A DNA stretch of 64,000 bases from Candidatus Latescibacterota bacterium. GTDB taxonomy: Bacteria; Latescibacterota; UBA2968; UBA8231. Under the pieces are notes generated by a model. That model was not told the DNA's origin and did no database searches. It saw only the letters and a list, made by a program, of their open reading frames with translations. The translations under genes were made by a program, and so were the position numbers. The DNA lies in NCBI GenBank assembly GCA_965242865.1, contig CBDETK010000013.1, positions 4,416,001 through 4,480,000 of the forward strand, given 5' to 3'. Positions within the stretch are counted from its first letter, which is position 1. Every line of letters begins with the position of its first letter. Shown piece after piece: positions 1 to 8,781 of the stretch.

Positions 1-2
1 CG

Positions 3-980
3 CCCTCGGCCGCTACGCTGGCGGGCGACAACGCAGACATTTACTTCCGCCGCAGTTGCGACATCCTCGCGGCCGAGCAGCTCAATCCGGTCGTGGCGAT
101 GGAGGTGTTTGCCCGGCAGCGCGCCCGGGTCTGCGGCTTGCGCGAGGCCCAGGCCCTCTTGCGGCAGGTGCTCGGGCCAGCGGCCGAGGTGTGGAGCTTG
201 GACGAAGGGGATTGGATCGAGCCGTGCGAGATCGTATTGCGGATTTGTGCGCCCTATCGGCAGTTTGGGCTGTACGAGACCGCGCTGTTGGGGATGCTCA
301 GCAGCGAGACGGGGTGGGCCACGGCCGCGGCCGAATGCGTGGCTGCAGCCGATGGGGTGCCGATCATCAGCTTTGGTGCGCGGCACGTCCACCCGGAGGT
401 CAGCGCTCGGATGGAATACGCGGCCATCGTCGGGGGGTGCGCCGGCTGCGCCACGCCGCGCGGGGCCGCCCTCGCGGGTATTGAGGCCACCGGGACCATG
501 CCCCACGCCTTGATCCTGTGCCTCGGCGACACGCTCAAGGCCGTCGAAGCCTTTGACCGCCACATCGACGCCCAAGTCGAGCGCATCGCGCTGGTTGACA
601 CCTTTAAGGACGAAGCCGAAGAGAGCCTGCGGCTGGCCGCGGCCTTGGGCGAGCGGCTGTGGGGGGTGCGGCTCGACACCCCCAGCGAGCGCGGCCGCGT
701 CACGGCCGAATTGGTCGCCGAGGTGCGCGCTCGGCTCGACCAAGCCGGGCATGGCCACGTCCAGATCGCGGTCTCCGGCGGCTTAGACGCCGAGCGCATC
801 GGCTATTTCCGGGCGGCCGGGGCGCCGGTGGACGCCTTTGGCGTTGGCAGCGCGATCAGCGCGGCTGCGCCGATCGATTTTACCGCGGACATCAAGCAAG
901 TAGAAGGCCGACCTCTGGCCAAGCGAGGCCGGATCCCGGGGCTTACTGCAAACCCCCGGCTCAAGCGATTGGAACGCTAA
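3..980 (+). CDS. pncB: Nicotinate phosphoribosyltransferase (5' end lies outside the window)
   Basis: The frame of ORF 93..980 stays open back to the window edge and reads ...DNADIYFRR. Motifs SFGARHVHP, TGTMPHAL, LVDTF, GVRLDTPSERG, VSGGL, FGVGS, DFTADIK, KRGRIPG are typical of NAPRTase. Confidence 0.9.
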   Translation, partial: PSAATLAGDNADIYFRRSCDILAAEQLNPVVAMEVFARQRARVCGLREAQALLRQVLGPAAEVWSLDEGDWIEPCEIVLRICAPYRQFGLYETALLGMLSSETGWATAAAECVAAADGVPIISFGARHVHPEVSARMEYAAIVGGCAGCATPRGAALAGIEATGTMPHALILCLGDTLKAVEAFDRHIDAQVERIALVDTFKDEAEESLRLAAALGERLWGVRLDTPSERGRVTAELVAEVRARLDQAGHGHVQIAVSGGLDAERIGYFRAAGAPVDAFGVGSAISAAAPIDFTADIKQVEGRPLAKRGRIPGLTANPRLKRLER

Positions 981-993
981 AAGGAGATTTTCT

Positions 994-2118
994 ATGAGAT
1001 ACGATTTTGGCAGTGGACGCACAGATCCCGGGTCGTTTCCCACGGAGGCGCTGGCCGAGGCGGCGCGCGAGGCCGTGCGCGAACTCGGCGCGCAGCTAGT
1101 GCGCTATCCCGGCGACATGGGCCACCAAGGCTTGCGCGCGCTCATGGCCGCACGCGAATCGCAGCGCGAGGGCGTGGAGGTGTCCGCCGACCACATCGCG
1201 CTGATGAACGGCTCCATGCAGGCCGTTACGCTGGTGGCCGAAGCACTGATGAAAGGGCCGGGCGACGCGATCGTCACCGAAGAATTGACCTATGCTGGGA
1301 CGATTGGCGCGTACCAGCGGTTGGGGGCCGAGCTGGTCGGGGTGCCGCTCGACGAGCAGGGTATGCGCGTCGATGCACTGGCCGACGCGTTGGCCAGCTT
1401 GCACCGGAAGGGCACTAAGCCGCGCTTTATCTATACGTTGGCGACCTACCAGAACCCCACCGGCTCGGTCATGCCGCGGTCGCGCCGCCTCGAGCTGCTC
1501 GAAGTGGCACGCTACTACGAGGCCATTGTGGTGGAAGACAACTGCTACGGCGACGTGCATTTTGAGGGGCCGCAAGAGCCGGCCCTCTACGCGCTCGACG
1601 ACAGCCCCAACATCCTGTACATCGGCTCGCTGTCCAAAATTTTGGGCCCCGGGGTGCGGTTGGGCTATTTGTTGGCCCGGCCGCCCATGCTGGAGCGGAT
1701 CCTCGACCGCCGCTACGACGGGGGCAACAGCATGCTGGCGGCCGCTAGCTGCGCGGCCCTGTTCCGCGACCGGCTCTGGCAGCACTTGGCCACGACCAAC
1801 GCCATCCTCCGAGAAAAGCGCGACGCCGTCTTGGCCGGCCTCGCCGAGAACGCGGGCGATCTATGCACGTGGTCGCGGCCCGTAGGCGGCATGTTCACTT
1901 GGATCGAGTTCCCCGAAAGCGTGGATCGCGATCGCCTCATGGCCTTGTGCGCCGAGCGCGGCATTGTGGTGGCGCGGGGGCAGGGCTTTCACATCCGGCG
2001 CGAGGACGTGCCGGCCATCCGCCTCGCCTTTGGCTTTCCCTCGCTGGAGGCGATCCGCCAAGGCGTGCCGCTGTTGGCCGAGTGCATCCACGAGGCGCGG
2101 GTCCCCGTAATGGTCTGA
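994..2118 (+). CDS. PLP-dependent class I/II aminotransferase (LysN/MocR-like catalytic domain)
   Basis: YQNPTG, VEDNCYGD, GSLSKILGPGVRLGY (PLP lysine), GGMFTW, IRLAF; RBS AAGGAG upstream. Confidence 0.88.
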   Translation: MRYDFGSGRTDPGSFPTEALAEAAREAVRELGAQLVRYPGDMGHQGLRALMAARESQREGVEVSADHIALMNGSMQAVTLVAEALMKGPGDAIVTEELTYAGTIGAYQRLGAELVGVPLDEQGMRVDALADALASLHRKGTKPRFIYTLATYQNPTGSVMPRSRRLELLEVARYYEAIVVEDNCYGDVHFEGPQEPALYALDDSPNILYIGSLSKILGPGVRLGYLLARPPMLERILDRRYDGGNSMLAAASCAALFRDRLWQHLATTNAILREKRDAVLAGLAENAGDLCTWSRPVGGMFTWIEFPESVDRDRLMALCAERGIVVARGQGFHIRREDVPAIRLAFGFPSLEAIRQGVPLLAECIHEARVPVMV

Positions 2119-4013
2119 TGGGCCTGCCCGAAATCGCCTTGGTGCAGCTCGCGGTCAAGCCCGGGCGACCCGATCTGAACGCGGAGCGGATGCTGGCCTT
2201 TATTGAGCAGGCGCGGGCGGCCGGTGCTGAGATCGTGGTCTTTTCCGAGCTGTGCATCTCCGGCTATATCCTCGGCGACTTGTGGGAGATCGACGCGTAC
2301 GTCGAGGACTTTGCCGCGTACAGCGACGAGATTTGCCGAGCCAGCACCGGGTTGACCGTGGTCTTTGGCAACGTGGCGATAGACCCCGTCCACAAGGGCC
2401 AAGATGGGCGGCCGCGCAAGTACAACGCCGTCTATGTGTGCTCCAACGGCGCGTACGTGGTGCGCGACGCCGTGCCCGCCGGGCTGCCCTGCGGCGTCCA
2501 CCCCAAAACCCTGCACCCCAACTACCGCTTCTTCGACGACGACCGGCACTTCTTCTCCCTGCGCCACCTAGCCGAAGCAGAGGGCCGGCAGCTGGAGGAC
2601 TGGCTGCAGCCGTACCGGGTGCGGCTCAGGGACGGGCGGCCCTTTGGCTTTGGCGTGCAACTGTGCGAGGACATCTGGTGCGAGGACTACTGCCGCCGTG
2701 GCCAGCCCCTCGACACGCTCGCGCTGTATCGCCGCCGCCGCGCTGAGGCCGTATTTAACCTGTCGGCCTCGCCCTTTACTTGGCAGAAAAGCGACAAGCG
2801 CCACCGCGTGGTGCGCCAGATACTAGCGCGCTCGCCCCTGCCGTTTTTCTACGTCAACCAAGTCGGGGCGCAAAACAACGGCAAGAACATCCTCGTGTTT
2901 GATGGCGACAGCGCCGCGTACGCGGGCACCGGCCGCATTGCCTGCCGCGCTCGGCCGTGGCGGGAACAGCTCGTGCTGACCAGCCGCGCCGAGGTCGCCC
3001 CGCCCCAAAGCGAGGTCGAAGCCCAGTACGCGGGCATTTTAGCCGGGCTGCGGCACTTGGATGACGTGCGCGGCGCAAAGAGCACGTTCCTCATGGCGAC
3101 GAGCGGCGGCGTGGACTCCAGCGTGGTTTGCTGTCTGCTGGAGCGCGCCTTTGGCCCCGAGCGCGTGTTCGCGCTCAACATGCCCACGCGCTTTAACGCC
3201 GCTGTTACTCAAGACAACGCCCGCTCGCTGTGCGCGGCGCTGGGCGTCGATTACCTTTGCTGCCCGATTGAGTCGCTGTATCAGGCGGTCGCGGCCCTCG
3301 TGCGCGGCGCGGAATTTTCCGTAGGCCGAGGCGAGTACACTCGGTTGGTGGATGAGAACGTGCAGGCGCGCATCCGCTTTGCCGATGTGCTGGCTGGCGT
3401 AGCGGCCAAATACGGACTCGTGTTCACGTCCAACGGCAACAAGACCGAGGTCGCTTTGGGCTACGCCACGCTCTACGGCGATGTCAGCGGCGCGGTCGCA
3501 CCAATTGCCGACCTGTACAAGGGGCAGGTCTTTGCGCTGGCGCGCTTTCTCAACGAGGAAGTCTATGGTCGCGCCGTAGTGCCGGAGAACCTGCTTGACG
3601 GCTCGGTCGTGCCCAGTGCCGAGCTGTCGGAGGCGCAAGACGTGACGCAGGGCTTGGGCGATCCGATCAAGTACGGCTACCACGACGCCGTGTTGCAGCA
3701 GTTCATCGAATACCGGCGGCACAGCAGCGACCTGTTGCAGTGGTTTATCGACGGGGTGCTGCTAGAGCGGTTGGGGTGGGACGACGCCGCGCGCTTTCGG
3801 GCGTACTTTCCCGATGCGCACCGGTGGATCGACGACCTCGAATGGGTGGAGCGGCAGGTGCGGGCCAACTACTTCAAGCGGATTCAAGCGCCGCCCATCA
3901 TCGTCTTGAGCAAGCGCGCCTTTGGCTTTGATTTGCGCGAGACCCAACGGCCGTTCTACGCGCCGCGCCGCTACGAGCAGCTAAAGGCCGAGGCCCTGAA
4001 GGTGCGAATTTGA
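2118..4013 (+). CDS. nadE: Glutamine-dependent NAD+ synthetase
   Basis: ATG overlaps the upstream TGA (TGATG). Nitrilase-like domain (FSEL, KTLHPNY, LCEDIW) followed by the synthetase domain (SGGVDS, ENVQARIR, NGNKTE, GYATLYGD, PSAEL, FKRIQAPP). Confidence 0.93.
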   Translation: MGLPEIALVQLAVKPGRPDLNAERMLAFIEQARAAGAEIVVFSELCISGYILGDLWEIDAYVEDFAAYSDEICRASTGLTVVFGNVAIDPVHKGQDGRPRKYNAVYVCSNGAYVVRDAVPAGLPCGVHPKTLHPNYRFFDDDRHFFSLRHLAEAEGRQLEDWLQPYRVRLRDGRPFGFGVQLCEDIWCEDYCRRGQPLDTLALYRRRRAEAVFNLSASPFTWQKSDKRHRVVRQILARSPLPFFYVNQVGAQNNGKNILVFDGDSAAYAGTGRIACRARPWREQLVLTSRAEVAPPQSEVEAQYAGILAGLRHLDDVRGAKSTFLMATSGGVDSSVVCCLLERAFGPERVFALNMPTRFNAAVTQDNARSLCAALGVDYLCCPIESLYQAVAALVRGAEFSVGRGEYTRLVDENVQARIRFADVLAGVAAKYGLVFTSNGNKTEVALGYATLYGDVSGAVAPIADLYKGQVFALARFLNEEVYGRAVVPENLLDGSVVPSAELSEAQDVTQGLGDPIKYGYHDAVLQQFIEYRRHSSDLLQWFIDGVLLERLGWDDAARFRAYFPDAHRWIDDLEWVERQVRANYFKRIQAPPIIVLSKRAFGFDLRETQRPFYAPRRYEQLKAEALKVRI

Positions 4014-4041
4014 AACAAACCACAAACCAAAGGAGCTCGTT

Positions 4042-5649
4042 ATGACCGACCCTATTCTGCTGACCGACGAGCAGGTGCGCGAGTTTATCGTCAATGGCTA
4101 TCTGGTTTTTGAGCCGACTGTGCCTGCCGGGACGCACCAAGCGTGTTATGAGCAACTCAACCAGATCATCGACTCAGAGCTAAATCCGGGCAACAATGTC
4201 CTGCCGCGCGTACCGGCCATGCGCCACGTGCTCAACTCGCCCGAAGTGCGCGGGGCGCTCATCAGCGTCTTAGGCCCCAACTACTTGGAGCATCCGCACC
4301 GCTATTGCCACTCCCTCAAGCCCGTGGCGGAAGCCGTGCCCGCGGCCGAGGCCGAGGAAAGGCTGCGCCACAACTGCCATCAGGACGGGTACACGCCGAT
4401 GGGCCATCCGCGCCAGCACTATCTGCGCTATGCGCGCATCATGTATTACCCGCAGGATTCGCCGGTCGAATTGGGACCGACGCACGTGATCCCGGGCACG
4501 CAGTTCAATCGCGGGCTGACCGACGAGGACCGGGCGCGTGCCTTGCCGCTAGCCGGCCGGGCCGGCACGGTGTCCCTGACGCACTTCGACGTGGGCCACG
4601 CGGCCGGCGTCAGCCTGCTGCCGCTGTACCGGCACATGATCAAGTTCATTTACATGCGGGCCTCCGAGCCGACGGCCCCGACTTGGGACTGCCGCAGTAC
4701 GCACTGGCAAAAGCCCCAGCGGATTGAGCCTCCCTACGATCTGGAACTGGCTTGGGCGCACACTTGGGATTGGCTCTGCGGCAAGCGGGATCGCTACGCG
4801 AGCTGGCCCCAGGCCGCTGGAGACGTGGCGGCTCTCAGCGCCCAGCTCGACCCGGCCGTGGACTTGGCGCAGCGGCTGGCCGCGGCCCAGCAGTTGGCTG
4901 GCTGCGGTAGCTATGCGGTCGCGGCCGTGCCTACGCTCGTTGAGTGCTTGGGCACGGATCACCAAGCCCTGCGCACGGCCGCGACCTACGCGCTGGGCGC
5001 GATCGGCGAGCCGGCGGTTGAGCCGTTGGCCCAAGCCCTGCGCGCAGCCGGTCGCGAGGCCGCCCAACACGAGGCCCCGCCCGCTTGGAACGAGGGCGCG
5101 ACGAACATGGAGGACGCGGCGCAGGCGCTGGCGGCCGTTGGTGCGCCGGCAGTCGAGGCCCTCTGTGCGCTGCTGGTGGACGAAAGCGAGTGGACGCAAG
5201 TCAACGCGGCCTTTGCCCTCGGCGAGATGGATTCGCATGCAGCGGCCGCGGTCCCGGCGTTGACGCAGAGCCTTCACAACGGCTCGCATCGCTTGGTGCG
5301 CACGGCCCTCGTCGCGCTGGGCAATATCGCGCAGGGCGTGCCCGTAGAAGCCTTGGGGAAAATGCTCTCGGCTGACCATCCAGACTGGCGGGAGGAAGCC
5401 GGCCGCCGCTGGGTGCCCCGCGATCAGGTGCGGACCAACGCCGCCATAGCCTGCGCCCAGCTCGGCCCAGCAGCCGCTCCGTTAGAACCTCAGCTCTTCA
5501 GGGCACTCGACGACTCCTGCGGCCACGTAGGCGCATTCGCGCTCAGTGCCTTACAACAGATTGGCTCGCCCACAGCCACGCAAGCCGCGCTGGATTACCT
5601 CTACTCGCAGCGCTGGGACGCGGCCATTGATGGCGAGCGACAGTTTTGA
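4042..5649 (+). CDS. Phytanoyl-CoA dioxygenase (PhyH)-like Fe/2OG domain fused to HEAT/PBS-lyase repeats
   Basis: LTDEQVREFIVNGY start, HQD and GPTHVIPGT motifs, distal H (DVGHA). The C-terminal half has repeats such as AATYALGAIG, AAFALGEM, ALVALGNI. RBS AAAGGAG. Confidence 0.8.
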   Translation: MTDPILLTDEQVREFIVNGYLVFEPTVPAGTHQACYEQLNQIIDSELNPGNNVLPRVPAMRHVLNSPEVRGALISVLGPNYLEHPHRYCHSLKPVAEAVPAAEAEERLRHNCHQDGYTPMGHPRQHYLRYARIMYYPQDSPVELGPTHVIPGTQFNRGLTDEDRARALPLAGRAGTVSLTHFDVGHAAGVSLLPLYRHMIKFIYMRASEPTAPTWDCRSTHWQKPQRIEPPYDLELAWAHTWDWLCGKRDRYASWPQAAGDVAALSAQLDPAVDLAQRLAAAQQLAGCGSYAVAAVPTLVECLGTDHQALRTAATYALGAIGEPAVEPLAQALRAAGREAAQHEAPPAWNEGATNMEDAAQALAAVGAPAVEALCALLVDESEWTQVNAAFALGEMDSHAAAAVPALTQSLHNGSHRLVRTALVALGNIAQGVPVEALGKMLSADHPDWREEAGRRWVPRDQVRTNAAIACAQLGPAAAPLEPQLFRALDDSCGHVGAFALSALQQIGSPTATQAALDYLYSQRWDAAIDGERQF

Positions 5650-5685
5650 GGGGATAGAGAACGGTCTATAAAGAAAACAAGTGGA

Positions 5686-6399
5686 TCAGGCTGCGCGGGT
5701 GTATAACTCACAGCGGATCGCTTCTTCGATCTCGAGCGTCGGGCGACCATAGTCGTCCGCTAATGCACCGATCGCCTCTCCTGCTTTATAGCGTTCGGCA
5801 ATAATAGCTGTAGGAATCCCCGTGCCTGCGAGCGTCGGGCGGCCAAAAGATATGCGAGGGTCAATGGCGATTGCCTTGGGTTCTTCTTTGAGTTGCTGGC
5901 TCAGGCACTTGCGCGTGAAAGGGTATAGCCTCAGAGCATAACCAGCCGAATCCCTATCAATGCGCCGCAGATGCGCCTGCAATAGTTCCCGAAGTACCAG
6001 TTGTCCCGCCTGAGAAACATTTATGAGCTGACCGTACTCCTCAACAAAGAGATCCAAGCCATCGGTTTCGAGCTTGTGGTACGCGAGAGGGCGATCAGAC
6101 TTTAGTTTTTCTTTAATGAAATCGATAGCAATCCTGACCTTGTGCAGCGATATGCGATGGTCGCGGCGAATGGCATCTAGCACGTGGATTTCGACCAAAT
6201 TGATAAAGGATAGAAGGTTCTGGCTATCGTCCGGTAGCTCGATCACAGGTTGGAAGAACTGGTCTCCCTCGCTAGTAGGATACTTGCGGCCTCGCACCCA
6301 AGAGCGAAGCGTAGTCGCGGGAATGCGCAGGTAGTGAGCAGCCTCGGGAACGCTGTAACAGGGCATTGCGCGTATATCATCTGTTGCGATAGATCTCAT
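5686..6399 (-). CDS. HTH + DUF433 protein (VapB45-like putative antitoxin)
   Basis: N-terminal YSVPEAAHYLRIPATTLRSW HTH, LSFINLVE, C-terminal IDPRISFGRPTLAGTGIPT...IEEAIRCE (DUF433). Visibly lower GC than flanks. Confidence 0.82.
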   Translation of the reverse strand: MRSIATDDIRAMPCYSVPEAAHYLRIPATTLRSWVRGRKYPTSEGDQFFQPVIELPDDSQNLLSFINLVEIHVLDAIRRDHRISLHKVRIAIDFIKEKLKSDRPLAYHKLETDGLDLFVEEYGQLINVSQAGQLVLRELLQAHLRRIDRDSAGYALRLYPFTRKCLSQQLKEEPKAIAIDPRISFGRPTLAGTGIPTAIIAERYKAGEAIGALADDYGRPTLEIEEAIRCELYTRAA

Positions 6400-6438
6400 G
6401 CCGGGAAGTCCTTTAGTCGTGTAGCCCGCGTAATTTGC

Positions 6439-7017
6439 TCAGGGCCTTTTGCGGATGCCTTGGAGAAAAATTCGCATGATGGTATCGACCATCGCCTCGG
6501 CGCTCAGGCCCTTTGCGTGGATCATCACTGAGCGCACCATGTCGCGGAGGATGGCGGTTTCTACCTGCGGGTGCTCAATGGAGAAGACGCCTTGGTCCGC
6601 CCCGTTTTGCAGGACCCGCTCGATCGCGGCGCGTTGGATGCGCCGTTCCTCGCGCCAGCGCTTGCGGTTTTCGCCCTTGCCGCCCTCGCTCTTGCCGTCC
6701 TCCTGCGACATCAAGCGAAAGAAGAAGCGGTTCTGGCTGAAGAAGGAGACGATGGCGTGGACCATGCGGCGCAGTTCTTCCTCGGGGTCCTGCTGGCGAT
6801 TGGCCTTGCGCTGAAGCTGCTCGTTGAGCCGTCGGATCCCTTCAAAGACCACCGCAAAGTATAGCTCTTCCTTGTCGGCAAAATGCGTGTAAATCGTCCC
6901 CTTGCCGACGCCGGCCTGTTGGGCAATGTCGTCCATGAGCACTTCGTCAAAACGCTTGGCCGAAAAGAGGCGGGCCGCCTCTTCGATGATTTGCTTTCTG
7001 CGGTCGGTTTTAGCCAT
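6439..7017 (-). CDS. TetR/AcrR family transcriptional regulator
   Basis: IIEEAARLF...MDDIAQQAGVGKGTIYTHFADKEELY HTH. ATG at 7017 chosen because the 7038 start overlaps the upstream gene. Confidence 0.92.
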   Translation of the reverse strand: MAKTDRRKQIIEEAARLFSAKRFDEVLMDDIAQQAGVGKGTIYTHFADKEELYFAVVFEGIRRLNEQLQRKANRQQDPEEELRRMVHAIVSFFSQNRFFFRLMSQEDGKSEGGKGENRKRWREERRIQRAAIERVLQNGADQGVFSIEHPQVETAILRDMVRSVMIHAKGLSAEAMVDTIMRIFLQGIRKRP

Positions 7018-7027
7018 GGTATAAAAT

Positions 7028-7255
7028 TTATGCTGCATCCACAGCAGCGTACACTTTGCCTTTTTGGGTCAACCAAGCCACATCTTCCCGCTCGGCGTGC
7101 TCTTTAATCGCCCGTAGAAGTTGAATCGTTTCAGATTCATAGCACGGCTCACTCGGGTCATCGGCTGGGACGACCATTTCGACTTCTACCGCGACCACAA
7201 ACTTATCAGTCTGAATCAGTCGCGTCCGCTTGATTCGTCGTCCAGGAATACGCAT
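7028..7255 (-). CDS. Small hypothetical protein, putative antitoxin partner of the DUF4258 gene
   Basis: 75 aa; starts 3 nt after the DUF4258 stop with GGAG in the upstream gene end; shares the lower GC of its neighbour. Confidence 0.6.
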   Translation of the reverse strand: MRIPGRRIKRTRLIQTDKFVVAVEVEMVVPADDPSEPCYESETIQLLRAIKEHAEREDVAWLTQKGKVYAAVDAA

Positions 7256-7258
7256 GGC

Positions 7259-7549
7259 CTAATCTCCATTAAAAAAATGTACCGTTACCAGCTTGGCGAC
7301 ACCTGTTTGACGCAGATGAGACCAAACGGCCTTGTACTCCGTACCGTCGGGCAGTGATTCGCGTATTTCGACAGCCGGGTTGGGCATAGCGTTTGGCCGC
7401 TCGGCGATCAATTCGCCGTCCTCCACCCCTGCGACCACTTGCCACTCCATGATACCACGTTCTTCCAACCGCTCGGAAGCGTGCTGACCGACGATGTAAT
7501 GTTCTTCGGCGATCAGTTGTCGAAGAACGTCAAAGAGTTGTCCCATCAA
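7259..7549 (-). CDS. DUF4258 family protein (putative RelE/BrnT-like toxin)
   Basis: HASERLEERGI motif, GELIAE, C-terminal AKLVTVHF. True start is probably the ATG at 7546. Confidence 0.7.
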   Translation of the reverse strand: MMGQLFDVLRQLIAEEHYIVGQHASERLEERGIMEWQVVAGVEDGELIAERPNAMPNPAVEIRESLPDGTEYKAVWSHLRQTGVAKLVTVHFFNGD

Positions 7550-7584
7550 TTCCTAGGTTTCCCGTCGCAAGCGACCTTAGGGGC

Positions 7585-8214
7585 TTATTCTTCGAGAAAC
7601 ACATACCGTTCCAGTCGTGCGAGTTCGTGGTCTTCGACGTATTTTCCGATTTCTCGCCGCCAGTGTGCCATGCTTTGGTAGGGGCGGTACTCGTCAAACT
7701 CGTGCGCCATGAGCTTGCCAACCCCCGGAATCGTCAGGAAATCGGCCTCGCTGGCGCGGTTGAGTTCGAGCGGCACGAAAACGTACTGCTCCAGTCGTGC
7801 GAGTTCGTGGTCTTCGACGTATTTTCCGATTTCTCGCCGCCACTGCGCCAAGTTTTGGTAGGGGCGGTACTCGTCAAACTCGTGCGCCATCCGCTTACCA
7901 ACCCCCGGCACCAGTTTCATCTCGGCGTCGCTGGCACTATTGAGGTTGATCGGCAGGAAGAGCTCGACGTACAGTTCGGCTTGGACCGAGTCCGCTAGGG
8001 TCGAATCCAAATAGGCGTCGAACGCTTCCATGCCGATAAAGGGCCGCCGCGCCATAATGCCCTCGACCAACGCCGAATCGAGCGGCGCTAAGGCCAATAG
8101 TTGCTCGACGCCGGCTCGGTTGGGATTGAGGACCGTTTCGTTTTTGCCGACCTGCCCTTGGGCGTTCCCGCAGAGGCCGATGGCTAACATCCCGGCTAAA
8201 ACGACTCGCTGCAT
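7585..8214 (-). CDS. Secreted helix-hairpin-helix (ComEA-like) repeat protein
   Basis: Signal peptide (MQRVVLAGMLAIGLCGNAQG) and three units of LNxAxxxxxxx(I/V)PGVG-like HhH motifs. Confidence 0.75.
   Translation of the reverse strand: MQRVVLAGMLAIGLCGNAQGQVGKNETVLNPNRAGVEQLLALAPLDSALVEGIMARRPFIGMEAFDAYLDSTLADSVQAELYVELFLPINLNSASDAEMKLVPGVGKRMAHEFDEYRPYQNLAQWRREIGKYVEDHELARLEQYVFVPLELNRASEADFLTIPGVGKLMAHEFDEYRPYQSMAHWRREIGKYVEDHELARLERYVFLEE
7611..7950. repeat. Near-identical 180-bp tandem duplication inside the HhH gene
   Basis: ccagtcgtgcgagttcgtggtcttcgacgtattttccgatttctcgccgcca occurs at 7611 and again at 7791, and the similarity continues for over 100 nt. Confidence 0.9.
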
Positions 8215-8217
8215 TGC

Positions 8218-8676
8218 TTAATTCTCCTTGGTTTGCTCCCGGCTCAGGGCCGGGTGGTGGTGTGTGTAAAGGAACCCAATGAGTCCGAGCTGAACCAGCG
8301 CCCCAGGGGCCAACGCCGGCATGGCGCCGCCCAATGCCTTAGACAGCAGGTCCAACCCGCTCAGGGTCGGGTACATCTCCAGTTCAAATTCCATGTTGGC
8401 ACTCAGGTGCAACCACAGACCGGCTAGGCCGCCCAAGACGAAAGTTAGCATGGTCCAGCGGAACAAGCGCAAAATAATCGCGCCTCGGTAGAGCATCCGC
8501 GCCGCCAACAAAATCAACCCGAATGCGAGCAACACTAAGGGCACCTGTTGACGCCATTCTTCAAAATGCCCGAGCAGCAGCAACTCGGCCCCTAGCCCCA
8601 CAGTTCCCAAGACAAAGATCAGCAGGAGACCTCGTCGTAAAGGAAGGCCGCCCCCGGCTTTTTTGCTAGCGGACAT
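8218..8676 (-). CDS. Hypothetical membrane protein (about 4 TM segments)
   Basis: Four hydrophobic stretches; motifs ELLLLGHFE, WLH...NMEFELE, PALAPG; stop 3 nt before the HhH gene. Confidence 0.7.
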   Translation of the reverse strand: MSASKKAGGGLPLRRGLLLIFVLGTVGLGAELLLLGHFEEWRQQVPLVLLAFGLILLAARMLYRGAIILRLFRWTMLTFVLGGLAGLWLHLSANMEFELEMYPTLSGLDLLSKALGGAMPALAPGALVQLGLIGFLYTHHHPALSREQTKEN

Positions 8677-8728
8677 TTTCTGGCTCGATACACTCGATAC
8701 AATAGATGTCGATATCGTCGATTTTCAT
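8666..8728 (-). other. 20-codon ORF (MKIDDIDIYCIECIEPENVR) with strong RBS
   Basis: Minus strand reads GAGGAGCTCAAG-ATG...; its TAG lies 8 nt inside the next gene's start. Confidence 0.4.
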
Positions 8729-8781
8729 CTTGAGCTCCTCATTCGTAGGCTAGGTTTCGCGCCGGCATCGTCCGCAATCCC

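Noticed and set aside
1863-2117. N-terminal extension of nadE given by the ORF track
   Set aside because: It overlaps the aminotransferase; ATG 2118 gives the normal nitrilase-domain start.
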